From positions 61,790,628 to 61,827,968 of the forward strand of contig NC_068986.1 in assembly GCF_001194135.2 (NCBI RefSeq): a stretch of DNA of 37,341 bases, written 5' to 3'. This DNA is from Octopus bimaculoides. Its lineage: Eukaryota. This document shows, one piece after another, positions 22,235 through 33,154 of this stretch. A program made the translations under genes and the position numbers. Under the pieces are notes generated by a model, which was not told where the DNA came from, searched no databases, and was given only the letters and a program-made list of their open reading frames with translations. Position 1 is the first letter of the stretch; each line of letters begins with the position of its first letter.

Positions 22235-24137
22235 ATGCCAAAATGTAAGTGTAAATTTCATGATGAATATTCCAGCAAATGGACATTTATCAAACAAGGC
22301 AGAAGCTGTTTTGAAGCAAGCTGCGGTATATGTAATTGCACTTTCAGTTTTGAACATGGCAGAAAGTCTGATATCAAGCAACACATAGAAACAGCAAAGC
22401 TGGTCAAATAACAAACTTCTTGATCAAGAAAAACACAGCTTTAGATAGTAAAATAATAGTTGCAGAAGTTGCAATGGCATTTCATACTGTCAGTTGTCGT
22501 CAGTCATTCAGTTCAAATGACTGTACGAACGTACTACTACCAACAGTATTTCCTGATTCTAAAATTGCATGCAAATTTTCAAGTGCTAGGTCAAAATGTG
22601 CTGCATTAATAAAATTGTTGTGGCTCCATACACTAATGAAGGATTGTTAAAGATATAAATAACTCTTCTTTTTATGACATGTCTACAGATACAAGTAATC
22701 ACAATGCTGAGAAAATTTTCCCAGTGATTGTGCAACGTTTTTCATGTGAAAAGGGTTTGCTGATAAATTTATTGCAAGATCCCTCCTAAATGAAACCTCG
22801 GAAACAATAGCAAGCTTCTGCAGAGAGAGCCTCATTGAGTTAGGACTGGACGTGAAGAAATGTATAGCTTTTGGTGGAGATAATACAAATACTAATTTTG
22901 GTGGACGTTTGCATATAGGCAAGTACAGTAATTCTTCAACTATTGTGGGTGTTACAGTCACCACAATAGGTGAAAATCCATGATATTTCATTATAAATGC
23001 AAAACACCACCACGGAGGAATCGACGTAAGCTTAAATAATAAACCGCGATATGGCAAGGGATTACTGTAATGTCTATTCAAATTTCAAGGAAAGCATGAA
23101 AGAATCGATGGAAGGTGTTGGATGTCCAGCCCTTATTCTGCACAAAGCTGCTCATACCGCAGCCAATGTTCCTTTTGTTGATGTTGAAGTAATTGTTGTT
23201 AAATTGTTTTCATACTCCAGTATTTATACTGTTTGATCTGAGAAGTTGAAAGATTTCTGTGAGTTTGTTGGTGTGTTGTATTCCTCAATTCTCTCACTTT
23301 CTAAAACTCATTGAGAGAATCCTAAGGTTATTTAAAGACTGGAATCTCTTTTTGATTCTGAAGAAAAGGTCCCCCCAAATTCTTGTAAGATTCTTCAATA
23401 ATCCTCTGAGCGAAGCCTACTTATATCTTGTTCAGTTTTGAATATGTTTTTAGTAACAGGATTATGAAGATAGAATAGAGAGAAAACAGCATTATTGAAG
23501 TGTTGGCTGTTTAAAAGAACTCGTAGTTACAAAGGAAAGGATTAATGAAAAGTCTATTTCTCTCAGTGTGAAGGATTGCCTTAATAATGATGATGTCAAA
23601 TCTGAAGAGAGAAAGAAATTTCTAATTTCTACTTGCCATGACATCTTGAGAAATGGGTTTCATGTTTTGAAAATTTTGATAACTTTACATGGATGTTATT
23701 AGATACAGTTCCAGCATAGGAACATGTAGAATCATCTTGTCTAGTGTTAAAGAACAAAGGTATAAAAATTGACATTCTTTTCTGTCAGTGGTCAACATTT
23801 AAAAAATTCCTTGCTAAAGAGATGCAGATCAAACCCAATGAATGGAAGCCCAAACTGTGCCATGGAAGATAGTTTTCTATCTTTCAGGAGATTGAATTTC
23901 AAGAACAATACTCAGAGTTGTTAATTTTATGCCAGTTTCTATTTAGCATACCAGCGGGTCTTCTAGGTAATGAATGTTCAGTGAACTGAAGAACGAAATA
24001 AGTTGGATGTGGCTACTGTAGAAGCTTTCTTACAATGCACATGGGACCTTAACTGTCAATGTAAAGAATTTTATAGGCATTTGTTAGAAAACATGGATAT
24101 ATTAACAAAAGCCAAATCATCAGTGAAATATAATTAA
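22235..24137 (+). pseudogene. hAT-superfamily transposase pseudogene (BED finger, DDE core, dimerisation domain)
   Basis: MPKCKCKF..CGIC..FSFEHG..DIKQH (BED), AEVAMAFHTV, AFGGDNTNTNFGG, GVGCPALILH, and C-terminal SIPA..RVF*VMN..ERNKL..KAKSSVKYN*. Many stops and frameshifts. Confidence 0.85.
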
Positions 24138-24319
24138 AGATAATGGTTCAAGTTTAATTCTCGTGTGGCCTGTTAAAAAAATGTTGCATACAAGCTTATC
24201 AGTTCAGTTTCTTTTCATATTCTCCATATGAAACAACTTTCTAGTCAATTTTATGTATTGCTTGCATTAAATAGTAATTTTCTAAATTATTTCCTTTGCG
24301 TTTTTTTATTGTCTTGTAA

Positions 24320-24930
24320 CAACAATGGGACGGAGGTAAAGGACATGGGCCGCACACCCTGTCGGTTATACTTTTTTTGTATTTTTCTACTGAAACCCAC
24401 CCTTTCTACTGCGGAGATTCCAAATCTGTAAAAAAATACAAAAAATCAGCATTTCAAAATTTTAATTCACCCCCCCCCCNNNNNNNNNNNNNNNNNNNNN
24501 NNNNNNNNNNNNNNNNNNNNNNNNNNNNNNNNNNNNNNNNNNNNNNNNNNNNNNNNNNNNNNNNNNNNNNNNNNNNNNNNNNNNNNNNNNNNNNNNNNNN
24601 NNNNNNNNNNNNNNNNNNNNNNNNNNNNNNNNNNNNNNNNNNNNNNNNNNNNNNNNNNNNNNNNNNNNNNNNNNNNNNNNATTCATCGTTTAGCTGCTGT
24701 TTCTAGCATGTCGAGTTTTCTGTTTAGATACTTTTTACGTTTGCTATTTCAGTAGGAGGCGAGGGATGTTTATTTTTTCTTTTGAAAAATTGAAATTTTA
24801 AAATGCCTTGTTTTTTTTTTGCAGATTCGGAATCTCCGCAGTCGAAAAGATGGGTTTCTGAAGAGAAAACCCACCTCCAAAATAACCGAAAGGGGGTGCG
24901 GTCCATATCCTTTACTTCCGCCCCACAATG
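24320..24930. repeat. Diverged inverted repeat flanking a gap (element C)
   Basis: ~24320-24470 aligns with the reverse complement of ~24780-24930 (GTAAAGGA.ATGG.CCGCAC, GAAACCCA, CTGCGGAGATTCC.AATCTG). Termini not defined. Confidence 0.55.
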
Positions 24931-25284
24931 GTATTCGTTGTTTGCCATTTGTTAGATGAAAGAACAGTGATCGAAGTTGTAAAGAAATATTTATTTACCG
25001 TTACTTTGTATATATCCAAAACCACAACGGGTTGGTACGTATTAGTAAATGGAAAAGCATGCGAGGTATTGAGTTAATTTCGGCCGATAGTAGTTCTCAT
25101 AGTAGTAAACCATAGATAGTGATAGAATGATGTAAGAGAAAAGAAATTGAGCTAGTGAAAGTTATAGAGTCGACGGGCGTTGTGTCTCGTAGTTGACTGA
25201 TTGTAACCTTTTTCCTTCTGGCCGTTTGTTTTTAGTGGCTGCCTGCTTGTGGCCATGACTATTTCACTAACTGTTGCTCTCAAT

Positions 25285-25385
25285 AACTAATTTCTTTATT
25301 GCCAATACGTGGCTCACATAAGAGGGGACAGCACAAGGACAAAACAAAAACATTTAGGGAGTGGGGTTATACATTAGTTAATTCG
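25285..25385 (-). mobile_element. SINE 3' tail fragment
   Basis: Reverse strand TTGTCCTTGTGCTGTCCCCTC..TGGCAATAAAGAAAT resembles a cephalopod SINE tail (recalled, not searched). Confidence 0.35.
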
Positions 25386-26191
25386 CATAAAAATCAAATA
25401 TAATGAAATCGAATGAATTTACACAGTACAATGAAATCAAAATCAATTAAAAATTAAATAATATATTTTTCCGGACAGGGACTATCCAAAACCAGCTAGA
25501 AGGATAGACATATTGTTGAAAACAATATATTTCGTTGGGGGTCTGTTATGTCTATTTTAGCTTTTGGTGAAATAGAAGAGATTAGAAGGGTCAGTGGCAA
25601 AGACATAATTCTGCTTAGCGAAGACATCTGGTAAATGTAACTGCTGCCATGAGAAAAGTGCTGTTGAAAAGTGAAATTTGGCAATCGAGCATCGAATCCA
25701 CGCCATGCCTGCATGAAGCCACTACAGTCTCTATTGTATAAGAATTTTGCAATGATTTCACTTTCTCAGTATTTCTTTTAGTTATCTATAGTGCCTGTAT
25801 TAAATAATGATATTCAAATGCTTTCAGACTAAAATATTTTTTCTATATTGTCTCTATTTGTCATTAAATAAAAAAATTTACAATGATTTTGATCTAACGG
25901 ATTTTTTTGCTTATTTTGCTGCTGTCTGTATTAAAGAATTTTTTTCAAATTATTTCACTTGAACAGAATTTGGTTAATGATTTTTTTTTTTTAGCTTGTA
26001 TTCAATAATTTTGAAATGATTTTACTTTCGTTTTTCTCATAACCCATTAAGATAAGTGCTTTATGTTTTTAACTTAGGTCTCTTATATAATATATTGTTC
26101 TAGGTGTGTAGGCATGCATACATTTATATATATGTACAGATACTTTAGAGTGTCCCGTACGCGAAATTTTTTCCGTATATCTAATTTTCTA

Positions 26192-26205
26192 ATCTGGCAA
26201 CCCTA
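26192..26205 (-). mobile_element. hAT-type terminal inverted repeat (TAGGGTTGCCAGAT), possibly the right end of the 22235-24137 element
   Basis: ATCTGGCAACCCTA is the reverse complement of a known hAT-type terminus. No matching left end or TSD was found. Confidence 0.4.
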
Positions 26206-27943
26206 GCCAAGGACAATATGTAACTATATGCATGTAGTGCAGTGAGTTATTGATATAATGCAGAACTGATAAGATATAAAGTACTGGCCGAGCATGTTCA
26301 AGTTCTTCAATTTATCGTTACATGTCGGTATTTGGTTGGCTGGCCGAATCGCCACCACTATGCCTGGAAAAAGCACGAGATTGTTACGGCTGGAATGCTG
26401 CTTTTCAGTAACACACACTGACGCAACTATAAAATCATTTGACTGCTACTGCTGTGTTTGTTTTTACAACTCTCTATACTCTTCTTAGCTTACGACTGAT
26501 GTAGTTAATTTTCTCGGTAGATTCTTTTTAACATAATACTATTCATAGCACTGGAGACCATCTAGTGGGGGTTTTTTCCCCTTGAAGCAAGGCCTGAAAA
26601 ATTTGAGGAAGGCGGAGCTTATAAGGTTAAAAGTATTTCGTGGACAGTACGTTGGGAGAGATGTTGGGTTGTGAATAGTACACGATTTTCTGTATACTAT
26701 ACTCCTAAGAACAAGTTTAAACCACTTCATAGTATTTGGCTTTACATGTCCATTGCTCTCGTATAAACAGTGCGTAAGTGGAATAAATTCAGTCATAAAC
26801 TGATGACACTGGTAAATAAATAAATAATGTGCACATGCTGACTGATTTATTTTGTCTGAACTCAAAAGAGGAAAAGTGTATGATGTAACCTTGTTGCTAT
26901 TGAGAATTGAAGTATTTATAGATGAACAGCGGAGTGAAGGAACGTTTATGTATATTTCTTTCGAGCATCAGTAGCGTAAATTACATAAATTGGCTTCTAT
27001 TGACACGTAAACCAAATTACTAGGGCCACTATACTTGTTCGACAACACTTTATTGACGATCCTTCATATTACAACCGTAAAAAAAAATGTATAAAATATT
27101 ACGAACATGGATGTCCTTAAATTTTCTAAAGCAAACAATACTTCAAATATATATAGCAACAAATAAGTCTTGTGGATTTATATTTAATTCAACAACTATC
27201 TTTGTTAGATATATTTTATAAAATTACGTTTTATACTTAAAAACATAATTAAACATTTGAAGTTTTACTATTAATTTCTTTAGAAATTTTGATTTGTGTT
27301 CGTATTTATTTTGTTATTCTTTTTATTTTAGGTGGATATTGGAATTAGACACTGAGGGAAAATGGCTGTAACTTTTTTATTTTTTAATTTTGACGATTTT
27401 CGTTTTCGATAATGTGTTCTATATGTCACGGTCATGCGATTCCCCCTAAAAAAAAACTTTGGAACCCCCCACCCACCCACACACGGGGTGGGTGGGGGTG
27501 ATTTTCTTAATTTTTTTTTGGCGATTTACATTTTTGACATTGTGTTCTACATGTCCAAGTCGTACGAATAGCCTTCTCGCAACTTAGATGTGAAAATGAA
27601 CGGCTTANNNNNNNNNNNNNNNNNNNNNNNNNNNNNNNNNNNNNNNNNNNNNNNNNNNNNNNNNNNNNNNNNNNNNNNNNNNNNNNNNNNNNNNNNNNNN
27701 NNNNNNNNNNNNNNNNNNNNNNNNNNNNNNNNNNNNNNNNNNNNNNNNNNNNNNNNNNNNNNNNNNNNNNNNNNNNNNNNNNNNNNNNNNNNNNNNNNNN
27801 NNNNNNNNNNNNNNNNNNNNNNNNNNNGAATCCCACGTTTTAGGCTATGGAGATTCCGATTCTGAAAAAAAAATTGTTTGAAAAATTTCAATTCCCCCCT
27901 CACCAAGCAGGCTATTTACATGCTAGAAATAACAGCCAAATCT

Positions 27944-28000
27944 GGTTAGGGTTAGGGTCAGGGTTAGGGTTAGGTTTACTCTAACCCTAACCCTAACCCC
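27944..28000. repeat. Head-to-head telomeric-type repeat (TTAGGG)~5 - TTTACT - (CCCTAA)~3
   Basis: GG TTAGGG TTAGGG TCAGGG TTAGGG TTAGG TTTACT CTAA CCCTAA CCCTAA CCCC. Confidence 0.92.
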
Positions 28001-28070
28001 GTTTGCCAAAGCGCATTTTTTCCTTCATATTTATTTACATATAGTCCATCTGGACCAATGCAAGATTTGG

Positions 28071-28137
28071 ATACGAAACTTGATATGCTAGAAATAACAG
28101 CTAAAAGCTGTTATTTCTAGCATATCAAGTTTCGTAT
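28071..28137. repeat. Perfect 32-bp hairpin with 3-nt loop
   Basis: ATACGAAACTTGATATGCTAGAAATAACAGCT-AAA-AGCTGTTATTTCTAGCATATCAAGTTTCGTAT. Confidence 0.95.
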
Positions 28138-29139
28138 GATCCTTTTTCTGTTTCAATATAAATGTAAGCCGTTCATCTTCACATCTAAGTTGCGAGAAGG
28201 CTATTCGTACGACCTGGACATGTAGAACACAATGTCAAAAATGAAAATCGCCAAAAAAAAATTAAGAAAATCAACCCCAACCCCCCAACCCCGTTTGTGG
28301 GGGAGGGGGCTGGGTTGTCCAAACTTTTTTTTAGGGGGAATCGCATGACCGTGACATATAGAACACATTATCGAAAACGAAAATCGTCAAAATTAAAAAA
28401 TAAAAAAGTTACAGCCATTTTCCCTCAGTGTCTAATTCCAATGTCCACCTTATTTTATCTTGAGTTTATGCTCTAAATGTGAAGGATAGCTCCCTTTGTT
28501 ATCATTGATATTTTCCTATAAAGCACATGGTCTGAGATTTTATGAGGGAGGCCTTTGTGTGTATGTGTGTGTGTGGGGGGGGGGAGGTTACCATAATAAA
28601 ATTTTAATTTTAATAATTTTATGACAGTTTAATTTAAATGTAATTGTCATAGTTTCAAATTAGAGTGGGAGTATTTGTTTGAGCAATTGTCTTATCGCCA
28701 ATATTTATATAGATTAACTAAAGGGATTTCGTTGTGTTATCAATATAATTCTGTCTTTACAATATAAATTTGTTGCAGTTGGGAATTGAAACTGGATTGC
28801 TATTTCAGTATACAAAGAACTTAAGTACCCTGCATATTCTGGATCAGTGGTTCTCAATCTTTGATTTTGTGATGCACTGGAGATCAAAGAAAACTGTTGT
28901 ACCACTGAAGACTACATTTCTAAAGTTACTTGAGCTACATTCCTGGTACGTAAAGTCTTATAATGGAATTCAAGGTTTAGATACCTGTGGAGTATCTCCT
29001 CCTCTCATTATAATTTTGTAGTTTCAAGAAGCTGGAACGGGTTGTCGATTTGTACGTCCGTGCGAAGCGATGTGCTATGAATGGCTCCTTAGTACATCAC
29101 ACGGTCGATACAATAAATATAAATAGAACAATGCATATA

Positions 29140-29560
29140 TGTGCCAGAGGGAAATAAGAGACACAACCGGGTAGAATGTTTAAGAGAAGATTTATTGATA
29201 TGTTAACATGTGTGTGCGTCATATATACAGAATAATAGACAGGCCGTCATAAGAATAAGATGTATGCGTGTGTATGTAAGCATAGACATACGCATGTTGA
29301 TCCATGGTGAAGTAGTTCACGAACAGTGCAGTATTGTAACCTGTAGAGAGATGTTGACGTTAGGACAAATGGTGGCGACGGAGATGGAGGTCGCTGAATG
29401 CTGCTGGACGAAGTTGAGTCTCCAGTCTCCACGTGGCTGCTGTTGTGTTGTCGCTGGAACTGGCAGTGTCTTGTGTGGTCAGTGGCTAGACCTTAAAAGG
29501 TCTGAAACCAAAAAATTTCTTTATTTACCTATAAAGGTATACATAGAGAGGACACTACAA
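29140..29560 (-). mobile_element. Possible solo LTR
   Basis: The minus strand ends ..CTCTGGCACA with AATAAA ~50 nt upstream, and the interior is GC-richer. The 5' boundary and TSD could not be established. Confidence 0.22.
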
Positions 29561-29754
29561 GAGACGAACATTTACATGCTTACAAATGGTTTGAGTTACA
29601 ATGAAATGGAAAAAGTCGGATAAAAGGGTGAAATAAAATTATATACAATTAAAAATTTATAAAATAATGTTCCGGATTATTTTTTATAGTTAACCCACTG
29701 GTTGTTTTACTCCTTTGTTTTTTTTTCTTTTTTCTTTCTTTTCGCCTTGACCAG

Positions 29755-32700
29755 CTATGCTAGCACGGTCCCATTCATCCTCAGCTTCCTTACTACAGAC
29801 ATCCATCTTTTTCTGAACATACTTTGCAACACTCCAGACGGATCGTTCTCAACAGGTGGAAGTTGAAATAACTTACCAACCCCTGTCCAGAGATGAAGTG
29901 ATCTGTCCCAATCCCTTTCACTTGTGTCATCCATACCGTTTCTTTCAGTATGGCTACTACGCAGAAAAAAGATGCCTTCTTTTCCTTGTTGAAGGAAGAA
30001 GGCAATACGATCTTAATCATGGACTCAGTTGAGAGCTGTACTCTCTCTGTATCCGACATCAGTTGTTCGACATAAGTTATCAACTCCCTCATTTCCTCAC
30101 AGTATACAAAGGTGTATGTGACAGTTTCACTGATGTGCCCGCACCTCGAGCATATGGGGGAGGTGTCAAAACCGTGTCTAGACAACCTCTCTTGAACCAG
30201 TAAGGCCGATTGGTAGCACAACCAAGCCAAGGATTTCTGAAAGTTATCCAGATACCTCAGCCCGAATGTCCTGAACAGGTTGGTCAGTTGCTCCTTATCA
30301 AAGCCCAGAGTCTCCCCCAGGACATTGTTGGACTTATGCTCTATCAACCCTCTATAAAAATCTGCAGTGGTAACCTTGCTGCCAGTATTGCTCACACGAG
30401 AGAACAGAGTGAGTGCTTGTCTGCACTCCCTCTGCCATTCTCCAATCCTAGGTCTCCGCTTGATCCATGTACCTAAGTCCCTGAGGGACTTCAATTGTGG
30501 AAAGAGTTGCTTGGCATGCGGTGAACACACCTGCTCACCATCCAGGTAGTACCAGAGATGTCTCAGCCTCAGCACGTACTTTCACATCATCAGCCCAGGC
30601 ATTCCTAGTCCACCCTTTAACGATTTTTGGCAGCAGATGGAGCGCCTTACAAGTGACGTTTTCCCTTTCCACAAAAAGCAGAAAAGGATCCGTTCCAACT
30701 TGGTCAGCCACAAACTGGGGCAAAGCACGATGGTTAGGCGGTAGGTTATCACCGATGCTATAAACACCTGTGCAACCTTGGCCCTTTCTAGCAAAGATAA
30801 CGTCCTCCCAGACCAGGTCTGGGTTATGGCCGTCATCTTACTCGCCACCTCACTCCAGTTTTTCTCCACCTGGAGATCTGTCCAAACCAGATGCTGAGTT
30901 GCAAGCTGACTGATTTATCCTGGTTAATTTTTGCCCCTGCCACCGCTTCGTAACCTTTGATGGTGTCTTCTACACGAGGTAGCTGCCCTTCATTAGACAC
31001 GATGATGGTAACATCATCTGCATATGCTGTCGCACTTCTTCCATAACACAGATCACACGGATCTGCCCCCATTAGTACCCAACCTCCGCAGCAGTGGCTC
31101 AAGAGCCAATACATACAGTAGTGGGGACAGAGGACAGTCCTGGCAAACTGAATGCTCGATCACGACAGGGTTCAAGAAGAACCCATTCACCTGGACAACA
31201 GATTCAATGTTGCAATACATAGCTTCAATCCAGCCTTGGAAAGTTGGGCCCAGTCTGACTGCCATCAGATACTGATAGTTGACCTTATCAAATGCCTTAG
31301 ACTGGTCTAAATTCACCAGGTTGGTCAGTTGCTCCTTATCAAAGCCCAGAGTCTCCCCCAGGACATTGTTGGACTTATGCTCTATCAACCCTCTATAAAA
31401 ATCTGCAGTGGTAACCTTGCTGCCAGTATTGCTCACACGAGAGAACAGAGTGAGTGCTTGTCTGCACTCCCTCTGCCATTCTCCAATCCTAGGTCTCCGC
31501 TTGATCCATGTACCTAAGTCCCTCTCTATGGTGTAGCGAATGAGATGAAGGTTGTCATTTATTGTCCTTCCTGGGATGGCACATGTCTGTACCTCTCCCA
31601 CCAGGTCGCCCACGATTATCCTCACTCTCTTGGCTAGCACCTTGGCCAAAATCTTTAACTCTGTGTTTAGCAGAGTTATGGGCCAAAAATTATTAATGTT
31701 ATCCCCCTTGCTTGGGTCCTTCCTGATCAGTGTCATCACAGATTTGGGAATTCTCCCATTCTGCTGCCAGTTCACGTACACACTGGACAGTACGTTCCCA
31801 AACAAGTCTGGCATACTTTTATAAAATTCGTAAGGTAGCCCATCTGTCCCCGGGGCACTCAAAAATCACCTCTATAACCTCCTCGGCCATGATCAGCCCT
31901 TCACAGCACTCAGTGTCATGCACCAAAAGACGTGGGCCGCTGGCCAGGAAATGCTGGAGTGCATCCCTATGGTCCAGCGACCCAATCCTCCTGAACAACA
32001 TAGCAAAGTGCTTGTGAAATGCCTTGCACATCTCTTCTTGTCCTTGGATCTCCTGTCCATGCTCGTCAACCACAGCCCTTATCGTAGCCTCCATGCCATG
32101 TCAGGTTTCTTCCGAGCGAGCCTACCTGGCAATGTTGATACCCTCATGGCTCAGTACACATACTTTAGCCTTCGTGTTTGGCATTGAGATGTCGGTCCAG
32201 GGCCAATCTCGCCACCAACACTTGAGGTGCAGAGCCCATCCTCAGCGCCTCATCTAAAGCCTTAACTAATTCCCTTTCTACTCTAGTCTGCTCTAGACTT
32301 AACTGCTTGCTAAATCTAATCGACTCAAGTCGAATGGCTCTTTTGAGGGCACTGCACCACCAGTTGTTAATCACAGAGCCAGTTAGTGCCCTCACTACTA
32401 ACACCTTAATCTGGCTACAGTAAGTTTCACAATCCAATAGGGACTTGTTCAACTTCCAATAGCCAGATCCCTGTCTGTGATTTATCTGTAGCATTAACTA
32501 TTATCCTGTCTATATAAGACCTGATAGATCCATCGTTATTACACCAAGTCCAAATTGGAATGCTCGGACTATCAAGTCTGTATCGATCTACCAGCCTAAA
32601 TTGCTTGAGCAGATCAATGAGTTTTGAGTTACACTTCCTAACATTCAAGCCTACGCTATCCAGGTGTGCATCCAGAATAGTGTTAAAATCACCTAGCAAA

Positions 32701-33089
32701 ACTAGTGTCCTTGATGTCACAAGAAAGTTCTCCAGGTGTCGATAGAACTCCTTCCGTTTGCCTAGCGTGCTAAGCACGTAGATGCCAGCCAACCTGAAGG
32801 TCTTACCTCAGTATATCAAATCTAGAACAACCGACTTGCCTTCTGGGTCCACGAAGATCATACGTGTCTGCTGGGCCAGGCGTTTCCGAAGCAAAACTAC
32901 AACACCTCTACTCACCCCCATTTCTGGTTTGGAGTCATGATTTTCTCATAGCCATTCAGGAGAGTTGAGAAGGCCTGCAGCTTGTCCAGCCTGGTCTCTG
33001 TAGCATCCATAATATCAATACTGTGTGACCTGAGGTCATCGAGGAGGCAAGCCACTGACATTTAAACAGGCAATGCATAGCATGGCCAT
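29755..33089 (-). pseudogene. L1/Tx1 ORF2 (APE-RT-zinc finger), disrupted
   Basis: LNVSGL, LLGDFN, WTW..RSYIDR, YWKLN, APGTDGLPYEFY, PITLLN, LDQSKAFD, QDCPLSPLLY, AYADDVT, CSRCG. Confidence 0.9.
31317..31523 (-). repeat. 207-bp identical copy of 30276-30482 inserted in-frame in the RT domain
   Basis: Base-by-base identical. Offset 1041 nt (347 codons), length 69 codons. Confidence 0.92.
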
Positions 33090-33154
33090 GTCAAACACGA
33101 GAAAGAAGGAAATTCGAGCTTACCTGCTCATTCATCTTTCGAGGGAGATTATTC

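Larger units (their letters stand above)
27331..28449. mobile_element. Foldback element A2 (1119 bp) with GG..CC ends and perfect 8-bp TSD, Merlin-like signature
   Basis: TTATTTTA at both 27323-27330 and 28450-28457. Arms 27331-27607 and 28165-28449 are near-identical reverse complements. Confidence 0.9.

Noticed and set aside
26566-26768. ATG-less open frame (LEARPEKFEEGGAYKVKSISW..) and the antisense 108-aa ORF
   Set aside because: No recognisable domain or convincing splice sites.
376-27906. Long ORFs in the track that span N runs (e.g. 376-1290, 6962-7825, 14917-15594, 17823-19022, 19213-20106)
   Set aside because: Their length comes from untranslatable Ns. Only the parts with recognisable TE motifs were used.
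27944-28000. Ancient chromosome end-to-end fusion site
   Set aside because: Only ~8 units, with no subtelomeric context, and enclosed in a TSD-flanked element. TE cargo is the simpler reading.
28845-28907. hAT/Charlie-like terminus CAGTGGTTCTCAATCT
   Set aside because: The partner end is poor and the 8-bp flanks do not match.
29640-29704. snRNA or tRNA target site for the Tx1-clade element
   Set aside because: The flanks show no recognisable U2, tRNA or rRNA sequence.
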